Under the pieces are notes generated by a model that saw nothing but the letters and a program-made list of their open reading frames with translations, was not told the origin of the DNA and did not search any database. From positions 84,371-148,370 of the forward strand of contig CAVYGB010000004.1 in NCBI GenBank assembly GCA_963767925.1: 64,000 bases of DNA, read 5' to 3'. Source of the DNA: an uncultured delta proteobacterium (GTDB taxonomy: Bacteria > Myxococcota_A > Polyangia > Fen-1088). This document shows positions 55,545-64,000 of this stretch, in pieces; the first letter of the stretch is position 1; each line of letters starts with the position of its first letter. Made by a program: the position numbers and the translations under genes.

Positions 55545-55990
55545 GATGGTCTTCTCGGTTCCGAGGTTGGGGCTGTGTGTTGTTTCCATGCCCTTGCGGA
55601 AAGGCCTGTCGAAGGGTGAGGGACAGTCTTCTTCGACGTTTCTGACTCCTCGAAGTGAGGACTTGAGCATCCTCAACGAGGTTACGCGAGGAGCATCGAA
55701 GCGTCATAGCAAGAATGCGTCCTGAGACCCCTGAATTTTGAGGAGACCGAGAGGTCTGTCTGAGTCGGCGCGTTTCGTTGGTGAGATCTCACAGGCGCGG
55801 TGGTGCTTCGATGAAGGGCGGGTTTGGAAGAGCGTGGTCTTTGCGTTTGGCGCTTCGGAGACTTGGAATGCAAACGTCGGGGTTGCTCTGACATTGTTTG
55901 CACTTCTCGTGCGGTAGACGCGCATATCCGCCATTGCCCACTCCGGCCTACCAGTGGCGAGAGTGAGCTCGATTTGGCGACATTGTTTAA

Positions 55991-56025
55991 GCGTTCCGGC
56001 GGAGGGAGGCCCTCCGCCGGAACGC
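55991..56025. other. Perfect 16-bp hairpin
   Basis: gcgttccggcggaggg-agg-ccctccgccggaacgc. Confidence 0.6.
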
Positions 56026-56346
56026 CCGCTCGGAAGCGTACTGCGGGGGTACCCGCCCCAAGACCCCCAGATGACGCTGGCGCTGCCTACTGCGTGGGGG
56101 GCGTCGTCACGAAAGACCGAGCGCAATACTGTTCCCGCGCGGGCTGGCAGATGGCGATCCGCCCCGGCTCGGTGATGGGCATCGTGCGCGGTGAGCGTGA
56201 GGTGTCGCTCGCGTGATGGACATCGGAGAGCCGGGACGGCCTTTTTCAGATTGGTGATGGGTCAGGCGCCGGTGTCGCCGTTGGTGTGTAACCGTCCGAC
56301 CGGGGACGTCTTTCGGCGCCCATTGCGGTGATGCAGTCTCACGTGC

Positions 56347-56688
56347 ATGAGACATCGCGAAGAGAGACGGCGGTTCTGGTCGGCCTTGATGGCGCGTTTC
56401 GAGGGCAGCGGGAAGTCGCGGAAGGCATTCGCCGCCGAGGCAGGCGTCGGCCTCGCCATCTTCCAGTACTGGCTGTACAAGCTCCGACGCGAGCGGCAGC
56501 CGACGGCCGTTCGCAAGTTTCCCGTTTCGGAGGTGCGCCTCGTGCCGGTGACCGTGCGAGCGCAGCCCGCGGCCCCGGCGCTGATCGAGCTCCGTGTCGC
56601 TGGCGTGCGGCTGCGCGTGCCTGTGGGCGTCGACCCTGGATACGTCGCGCGACTCTCGGCCGCGCTCCGCGAGGCGCGTGCGTGCTGA
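56347..56688 (+). CDS. tnpA: IS66 accessory protein TnpA
   Basis: FW......F..SGKS...F, FQYW; position in element. Confidence 0.85.
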   Translation: MRHREERRRFWSALMARFEGSGKSRKAFAAEAGVGLAIFQYWLYKLRRERQPTAVRKFPVSEVRLVPVTVRAQPAAPALIELRVAGVRLRVPVGVDPGYVARLSAALREARAC

Positions 56689-57056
56689 CACTTCCGCCGA
56701 GCGTCCGGATCTATCTCGCGGTCGGCCAGGTGGACATGCGACGCGGCCACGACGGATTGGCGGCGATCGTACGGGGTCAGTGGAAGCTGGACCTGTACGG
56801 CGGACATCTCTTCGTCTTCCTCGGGCGCCGGGCCGATCGTTGCAAAATCTTGTTCTGGGACCGCGGCGGATCCGTCCTGTACTACAAGCGTCTCGAGCGC
56901 GGGCGATTCCGCTTGCCGCGCGTTCCTTCCGAGGCGACATCTGTGATCATCGACGCCACCGAGCTCGCCATGCTGCTCGACGGAATCGACGTCGTCGCCG
57001 TCAAGCGGCCGCGCAAGTGGGAGCCGCCAAAGATCGCAGCCGCGTCGCCGACGTAG
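56682..57056 (+). CDS. tnpB: IS66 accessory protein TnpB
   Basis: VDMRRGHDGL, LFVFLGRR, KILFWD, KRLERGRF. Confidence 0.92.
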   Translation: MLTLPPSVRIYLAVGQVDMRRGHDGLAAIVRGQWKLDLYGGHLFVFLGRRADRCKILFWDRGGSVLYYKRLERGRFRLPRVPSEATSVIIDATELAMLLDGIDVVAVKRPRKWEPPKIAAASPT

Positions 57057-57145
57057 CCGAAAGAAATTGCTCGATCATTTCGATCACTTACGCGGCCGTC
57101 GCCGAAAGGGGATCGACAGGATCGTCGAGGCATGATCAAACATGA

Positions 57146-58805
57146 TTGATGGGGCCGCCGCCGGACGACCATGACTGCGGGTGGAAGACTCGCGCCACTG
57201 ACCTCGAAGCGAAGCTCGAAGAGACCGCCGCGAAGTTCGAGGAATTGGCCGCCAAGATGGCCGCCATGGAGCGTCGGATTCTCGGGCCGAAGAGCGAGAA
57301 GCTGCCTCCAATCGATCGGGAAGTCCGCAAAGAGCGGCCTGCGGATCCCGCGGCGACGCAGTCCACCAGGCGCAAGAACGCCGAGCTACGCGCCACACGC
57401 GTCGTGAGCGAGGACGTACCCCACAAGGTGCCGGACGCGGAGCGGGCTTGCCCCAAGTGCGACGGCCGCGATCTCCGTCCTGTCGGCGCCGGCAAGATCT
57501 CCGCGGTGCTCGACTACGTGCCGGGATACTTCCGCCGCCGCCAGCACATTCGCGAGACCCTGGCCTGCGCGTGCGGCGAGCACATCGTGACGGCGCCCGG
57601 GCCCGACCATTCCGTGGAGGGCGCGCGCTACGGGGACAGCTTCCGCGCATTCGTCGTCACTTCCAAGTGCGCCGACGCCATCCCGCTTTACCGGCAGGCC
57701 AAACAGATGAGCCGCCTCGGGATCCCGATCTCGCGCAGCACCCTGACGGATCTCTTTCACCAAGCTGCTGGCCAGCTCGCGCCACTGGCGAGGCGGCTTC
57801 TCGCGCTGGTGGCCGCCGCCGAGGTCGTGCAGGCGGACGAGACCTCGCTGAAGATGCAGAAGCCGAACAAACGCGGCTTCGTCTGGACGTTCCTCGCGGA
57901 GAAGCTAATCGCATATGTCTTCTCCAGCAGTCGCAGCGGCGAGACGCCCTCGACGGTGCTCGCAGCAGAGCCCCCAACTCACCGGGCTTGGTGCACCCCG
58001 CGGCCTGACGGAGAACCCCTCGCTTGTACTCGGCGGTGAACTTCCGCCGGGTTGCCTTCGACACGACCTCGGTATCATGTGCTAACACGCTGCTCATCTC
58101 TACCGTTCCTGCCTCGCCCTGGGACATTAAATTCGGCTTCGGCGCCGTCTCAGGTCACGTTGGCGAAGGGGGGCGAGCACCGGGACACTCGTGGTCGACA
58201 TGTACACTGGCTACAACGAGGTCACGAGCACGGGCGGACGCACGCGGGCCGCGTGTCTCGCGCACGCACGCCGTCGCTTCTTCGATGCCCTGTCGTACGC
58301 GCCCGAGGCCAGGAGCGCCCTCGAATTGATCCGCGACGTGTACGTAGTCGAGCACGACGCAAAGGCCGACGGCATCGCGCGCACCGACGAACACACGCGG
58401 CTGCGCAGAGCACGGTCGCGGCCGATCATGGAGCGCCTGCACTGCTGGCTCATCGAGCGAAAGGACCAGTACGCGCCGAAGAGCCCTATGGCGAGCGCCG
58501 TGCGGTACGCCCTCAACAGCTGGGACGAGCTCACCCGCTTCCTCGACGACGCCCGCATCCCGCCCGACAACAACCGGAGCGAATCCGCACTTCGCGTGGT
58601 CGCTCTTGGCCGGAAGAACTTCTTGTTCGTCGGGCACGAGGAAGCCGGGGACAACATCGCCGGCCTCTACTCCCTCACCGCTACCTGCGAAGCGAACGGA
58701 GTCGAGCCCATCGCGTACCTGACCGACGTCCTCGGCCGCGTGGGCTCCCATCCCGCTGCCGCCCTCGACGAGTTGCTGCCCCACAAGTGGCGCCGATCGG
58801 GCTGA
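57146..58805 (+). pseudogene. tnpC: IS66 transposase TnpC interrupted by a ~210-bp insert
   Basis: KSEK, CPKC, PLYRQ, ADET; resumes VVDMY, CLAHARRRF, DNNRSE. Confidence 0.9.
57963..58172 (-). mobile_element. Truncated left end of an IS3-type element
   Basis: RRKFTAEYKRGVLRQAAGCTKPGELGALLR OrfA-like start; boundaries approximate. Confidence 0.7.
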
Positions 58806-58880
58806 CGGCAGCCTCCGCCTCACGCTACCCGAGTACTCCGCAGCCGCGCTGCCGTCACGACGTCGTGGGTCGGACGGTTA

Positions 58881-60808
58881 GTGCGCCGGGATAAACCGGC
58901 TGGAAGGAGAGAATGAAGGAGTCTCACATCGAAGGAGTAGCGACCCACGATGACCCTGAGTCATGCGCCACCGCCCGCGAGGGCGAGGGTGAAGCGTTGA
59001 CAGGGGTACGCACGGGCGCGGTATTGAGCCGCGAAATCAGACACTCCGGGACGCCGACGCCGTTAACCGAGGCGGAAGGCAACACGTCCCCCGGGCGCTA
59101 CCGCGAGCCCGAGGGCGGTCCCGCGCGGTCGGAGACCCGCAGCACGTGCAGAACCTTCCAGCACGAGAACCGGGAGGTCCCTGCGTCGCTCGCCACGGAT
59201 GGCGTGGCGGGACGCGTCGGCAAGGCCGATGGCCGAACACCGGCGATGTACGGCGCAGGGAAGTCGGACAGGTCCGTAGTACCAATGAAGGCGTCGAACA
59301 AGGCCGGGAAACCGGTCGCGGAGACGTCGGAGGGAAGGGGCCTGGCCAAGGGAAACATGGACGAGCAAAACGCGTCCCGGACACAGAGCCGGACCAGCGC
59401 GCTCAGTGCGCTCGACCGTGTACGACAAGCAGCAAAACGAGAGAAGGGAATGCAGTTCACTGCGCTCCTCCACCACATCGACATCGACCGTCTGCGAACG
59501 GCATTTCACGCCCTCAAAAAGGACGCGGCGCCTGGAGTGGACGGTCTGACGTGGGAGAAGTACGCGGGCGGAGTCGAGGAGAATATCCGAGACCTGCACG
59601 TGCGACTTCACCAGGGGGCGTACCGGGCGAAGCCATCAAGGAGAGCGTACATCCCGAAAACCGACGGTCGGAAACGGCCGCTGGGCATCGCCGCGCTGGA
59701 GGACAAAATCGTTCAGCGTGCGATGGTCGAGGTGCTCAACGCCATCTATGAAACGGACTTTCTCGGGTTCTCCTACGGATTCCGGCCTGGGCGCAGTCAG
59801 CACAATGCGCTGGACGCGCTCGCAGTCGGAATCCTGCGGAAGAAGGTGAACTGGGTGCTCGATGCGGACATTCGTGGATTCTTCGACGCCATCGACCACG
59901 AGTGGCTGACGAAATTCGTCGAGCATCGGGTGGGGGACGGACGGGTCCTGCGGCTCATCCAGAAATGGTTGAGGGCAGGTGTGATGGAAGACGGAAAGTG
60001 GACGCAGAGCGAGGTTGGTTCGCCCCAAGGAGCGACAGTGTCGCCCCTGCTGGCGAATATCTACTTGCACTACGTTCTCGATCTCTGGGTCCAGCAGTGG
60101 AGAACTCGGCACGCGTGCGGCGACGTGATCGTCGTTCGTTATGCCGATGACTTCATTGTAGGGTTCCAGCATCGTCGAGACGCTGAGCGGTTCCTGGTCG
60201 AACTGCGCGAGAGATTCGCGAAGTTCAAACTGGAGCTTCACCCTGACAAGACGCGCCTCATCGCGTTCGGGAGGTTCGCCCTCCTAGACCGGCAGAGGAA
60301 CGGACTGCCAGGCCAACCGGAGACCTTCAACTTCCTGGGCTTTACCCACATCAGTGGGCGGACCAAGAAAGGGGCCTTCGTGCTCAAGCGCCAAACGATG
60401 CGCCAGAGATTGGCGGCCAAGCTGCATCACGTATCCACCGAGCTGCAGCGACGCCGACATCAACCGCCACGGGAACAAGGCCGCTGGCTCCATTCCGTCG
60501 TGCGCGGGCATCTCGCGTACTACGGAGTCTCAACCAACGGCCCGACCCTGGAGTCCTTCCGAACGCAGGTCATCAAGAGCTGGCACCGGTCGCTTCGTCG
60601 TCGAGGTGACCGTCGCCGGCTCACCTGGCAACGGATGGGACGCCTCATCACAAGGTGGATACCGTCTGTTCGCCTCGTACATCCCTGGCCTCAGCGCCGC
60701 TTTGACGTCAGAACCCAAGGCAAGAGCCCAGTGCGGTAGTGCCGCACGCTGGGATCTGCGCGGGGGGCGGCCCGAGCCTTCACAGGCAAGGGCCGTCCCT
60801 ACCGCGAC
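58881..60808 (+). mobile_element. Group II intron
   Basis: 5' GTGCG; domain V gagcccagtgcg..cgcacgctgggatc at 60724-60756; domain VI ending ccctaccgcgAC; RT ORF inside. Confidence 0.95.
59246..60739 (+). CDS. ltrA: Group II intron reverse transcriptase/maturase lacking an endonuclease domain
   Basis: APGVDG, RPLGI, SYGFRPGR, PQG, RYADD, FNFLGF; no HNH; start 59246 or 59357. Confidence 0.93.
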   Translation: MYGAGKSDRSVVPMKASNKAGKPVAETSEGRGLAKGNMDEQNASRTQSRTSALSALDRVRQAAKREKGMQFTALLHHIDIDRLRTAFHALKKDAAPGVDGLTWEKYAGGVEENIRDLHVRLHQGAYRAKPSRRAYIPKTDGRKRPLGIAALEDKIVQRAMVEVLNAIYETDFLGFSYGFRPGRSQHNALDALAVGILRKKVNWVLDADIRGFFDAIDHEWLTKFVEHRVGDGRVLRLIQKWLRAGVMEDGKWTQSEVGSPQGATVSPLLANIYLHYVLDLWVQQWRTRHACGDVIVVRYADDFIVGFQHRRDAERFLVELRERFAKFKLELHPDKTRLIAFGRFALLDRQRNGLPGQPETFNFLGFTHISGRTKKGAFVLKRQTMRQRLAAKLHHVSTELQRRRHQPPREQGRWLHSVVRGHLAYYGVSTNGPTLESFRTQVIKSWHRSLRRRGDRRRLTWQRMGRLITRWIPSVRLVHPWPQRRFDVRTQGKSPVR

Positions 60809-60950
60809 CGGCTCAACGCCATCGGCTGGCCCTTTCGGGCACTCGGCGGGACCCGGGTGTTGGCCGCCTCGAACAGCTGTGGGCGACGCCGCCGGCGCAA
60901 CCCTCTTGCAACATCGCACCCATCCGTACCGCCGGGCCCTCGGAGTCTTA

Positions 60951-61883
60951 GAGCCTATCCCAGTAGACCGCACGCGCGCCACGTGATGATTCCGCACGCG
61001 AGGTGAAGCATTGCGAAAAAGGTGTCCTCGCGCTCTTCTCCCAGCGGACCAGGATCCGGCGGAAGCGATTCATCCAACTGTGAGTCCGTTCGACGACCCA
61101 ACGACGAGCGCGAAACCCGGCGCCCTTCTTGATGGCCTTCGCCTCCTCTCCGCGACACCGAATGTGCAGGGTGAATCCGAATGCGGTACCAACTCCCGGA
61201 CCTCGTCGTAGTCGTAGCCCTTGTCGAGGCACAGGCCCTGCCGTCTCGTCGCGCGTTGGTCGGGGCCGCGGCACGGGGACGCTGTCGACCGTCTCAGCGA
61301 ACAGCTTGAAGTCGTTCCGATTTGCGCCGTCGACCGCGAGGCCGAGGGGATTCCCGCCGCGTCCGTCAACAGGCTTCGCTTGGTCCCGCCCTTGGCGCGG
61401 TCGGTTGGGTTTGGCCCGATTTTTTTCCCCGCCCAGCGGCGCCTTCGTCATCGCCCCGTCCATCGAAAGCCAACTCCAGTCGATTCCCTTCACGCGGTCG
61501 TAGGCGAGTAACGCGCGACGCCAGAACTCGTGGAACACCCCTCCCTCCGTCCACTCCAGAAAGCGGCGATGGGCTGACGAGCTTGAACAGAGCCCCGTCG
61601 CGTTCAGAGCGTTCCACGGGCATCCGGTGCGGAGCACGAAGAGGATCGCGTTCATCGCGTCGCGATCAGGCACGCGCGGGTTGTGGCAGCCGAGCGGGTG
61701 CTGCGGCCGCGACGGGAGCAGCGGCTCCATCTTTGCCCACAGCTCGTCCGGCAGGCGCCAGCGGTCGTCCTTGGTGATCAGGCCCATGCGCCCGCGATCG
61801 CCCCATTCTGCAACGAGCGCCAATTTTCTGCTGTTTTCCCTCCGCTCAGGAAAATTGACCGACCGCCCTACTGGGATAGGCTC
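60951..61883 (-). mobile_element. IS5-family IS (split transposase)
   Basis: Perfect 16-bp IR gagcctatcccagtag; TTA duplication; LRTGCPW, DKGYD, RWVVER; GGGGAAAAAAA slippery site near 61420-61430. Confidence 0.93.
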
Positions 61884-62031
61884 TTAGGGTCGTCAGTTTT
61901 GAGCGTCCGCTAAATCGACCGAGCGATGGTGGGCCGGAGGGACTGCTTCCGCTAATAGCTCTGAGCGCACCAGCGGTCCTCGGACGAGTACAAACAGGCA
62001 GCGGAGCGCAGCCCTGACAACCCACCGGTGG

Positions 62032-63943
62032 TCATGACTCGACGACTGATGTCGTCGCAGTCTGTTCCTCAGGACGCTGGAAGAGTTGTAGCATTCGGGC
62101 GAACAGCTCGTCGTGGTCTCTCTTGAAGAGAGGCAATCTTTCCGGTAACCCATCTTCGTGGAGCAGTTGAGCTAGCGGGCGATTCCGCCCCGAGCCTTGG
62201 CGGGCGTGCAGAACGCCCGTGGCAGATCGACCCTCGGCGAGGCGCCCCAAGAGCTGCTCGAATTGCCCAAGTCCGGCGATCGTGAGATTGGCCACAGCAG
62301 CCTGCCGAAGGACCCCATGGGCACGACATCGATGCTCCAGCCAACGGTAAAGAAGATCATGCTCGCCCAGGCTGTCGAAGGTGACCACGACGGGGTAGAT
62401 GGTCAGGTCGCGTCCCACACCGTGTCTTTCGAATTCACCCGATCGGATGCGGGCAATCTTGGAATCCAGAAGACGAATGGCACCCCCTCGCCAGTCCGGA
62501 CCCTTCTTCGCGAAAAAGAACAGCTCGAACCAATCAAGAGTCTTTCGCGCAGACAGCGCCTGTCGGGCTGCGCTCGCCTGTACAAGGGTGCTCTTCACTG
62601 AGAAGAGGATCGCGCTGTCCCCCTCGATGCAGATGACATCCTCCACCTCATCGTTAGCTCCGGGCGCGTTCGGGATGAGGATCTGACAATTCGAGCTGTG
62701 GGCGGCTGCGTCCGCCGCGACCCTACGACACCAATCCTCGACGATGTACCCAAAGGTCGAAAACCATTTCGTATGGCCGTTCTTGGGGTCGAGTCGCTTC
62801 GCTGCCGACATGTATCGCCACCAAACTCCCGTCCGAAGCTGAGCAGCTAGCGCTCCGGGCGACGCTACTACGTATACGTCAGGCTCGAGCTCCACCAATG
62901 GAGTCTCGATCAGGGCCGTCGGTGCGTGCGGCAAGCCATCCGGCCTGAGGCGAGCCCTGATCCGTCCCTGGAGTTCCTCCCTAGAAGCTGCGAGATGCTT
63001 AACAAAGGAGCGAAACTTCGTCGGATCCATGCGTGGCGCCTCTTCGAGAAGCGGTCGTACTCTCAGAATCGGCTGGCTCTGCCTACTGCTGTCGCTCCCC
63101 CAGCCCTTGCTCAAAATGCAGAGCGGTCCCAGCACCGCGTCGAAATATTCAGAAAAGCCCGAGCCGAAGGCCTCCTGCTGAAGTCGCTCCCAGTTCTCTT
63201 CGCCAGAAAGCGGCCCGTTGGAGGGCCGCACGCTGAACATGTGATGCGTGCGGACCCACTCACGAACCAAGTCCGGATGGTTGTTGAACCGGGTCAAGCG
63301 AATCATCTCCGCGCCAGCCGCTCGAACTCTGACCCTGGCGCATCCTCGGGCTCGCTCCACTGCCCCAGGTAGCTGTTCGCACCTGCCAGCCACAAGCTGA
63401 TCTGGACATCCGGCGGGCGATTTTCCGTTTCCGCGCCTTCGAGCAGAACGAGATGCTCCAGGTAGAGAATCACTTCTTCATGCGCCAGCACTATCCGATC
63501 CCGGTTCGCCTGCGCGAAGCGTCTACCCGAAGAAGATGCTCTTGGGGACTCGTGATGGTCAGAAGAGGGTCCACGGTCAGCCGTCGAACGCGCTCGGACA
63601 GAGGGCCTTCTCCGGCGTTCGCGACAATCGCGGCCAGATGGGCGAGCATGAAGAGGGCTTCCTTCCAGGAGAACTGCTGTACGAGCTCCCGAAGAACCTC
63701 GGCAGACATAGGTGTCCCGAAGATCCTTTCTGCAGTCTCGTACGGAAGGTTGTAGCGCATGCTCGGGTGCGCAGAACCGAGCCCAGGACTCAAGGCTGAC
63801 TGAGGCGGTTCCGCCGCTTCGGTACCGGGGCGGGGCGTCTTATAGGACGACCTTTTGGGGTTCCTCTTCAGGCGCAACGAGCGGTTCGCCCGTTTCTCCT
63901 CCCTTCGATGCCTCGAACGCTTGCCACTCGACTTGTTACCCAT
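62032..63943 (-). CDS. Large hypothetical protein with PD-(D/E)XK-like C-terminal domain, split over three frames
   Basis: ORFs 63491-63943, 63303-63491 and 62032-63393 abut; FG..VE..C, EVEDVI, LFSVKS, IYPVVV. Confidence 0.55.
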
Positions 63944-64000
63944 CCCTACCGCGTCCGCCCTTTGATGCTGCTCACTCGGCCGGGCCTCTAGTTCTTCCCG

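Larger units (their letters stand above)
56288..60809 (+). mobile_element. IS66-family IS; right IR split by a group II intron
   Basis: Left IR gtaaccgtccgacc; right IR ggtcggacggtta ends at 58880 with its final c at 60809; no 8-bp duplication seen. Confidence 0.9.

Noticed and set aside
56682..57056. RNA-guided TnpB nuclease
   Set aside because: This is the small IS66 accessory TnpB, unrelated to IS200/IS605 TnpB; no RuvC motifs.
58913..59245. N-terminal extension of the RT ORF (MKESHIEG...)
   Set aside because: Overlaps ribozyme domain I including the EBS1 stem-loop; probably not translated.
59246..60739. Retron, DGR or defence-associated RT
   Set aside because: GTGCG start, domains V and VI and maturase motifs identify a group II intron.

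Overview
High-GC bacterial DNA with a strongly myxobacterial gene repertoire (FHA-sigma54 activators, Hanks-type kinases, PEGA/TPR and Cys-rich lipoproteins, PilZ, MYXO-CTERM-like tail). Scattered single-base frameshifts suggest long-read errors, so pseudogene calls are tentative. About 1-42.9 kb is chromosomal (pyrD, pyk, acyl-CoA synthetase, transporters, GH2 glycosidase, signalling genes). It is interrupted at about 10.95-18.4 kb by a small accessory island (orphan DUF433 antitoxin, HipBA-like pair, excisionase remnant, ABC permease, C25 peptidase) and carries REP-like palindromes plus a 49-bp x ~7.8 tandem array fused to one REP. About 42.9-64 kb is a nested mobile-element region: an ISKra4 remnant; a four-ORF IS21 with an ISL3 inside istB; a second ISL3; an IS4 cutting a secreted-protein operon; an IS66 with an IS3-type fragment in tnpC; a group II intron; an IS5; and a frameshifted PD-(D/E)XK-like gene. 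The most notable observation is that the group II intron sits inside the IS66 terminal inverted repeat and its EBS1 loop is complementary to that repeat. No rRNA, tRNA or CRISPR array was found. All family assignments come from motif recognition by eye; no searches were run.
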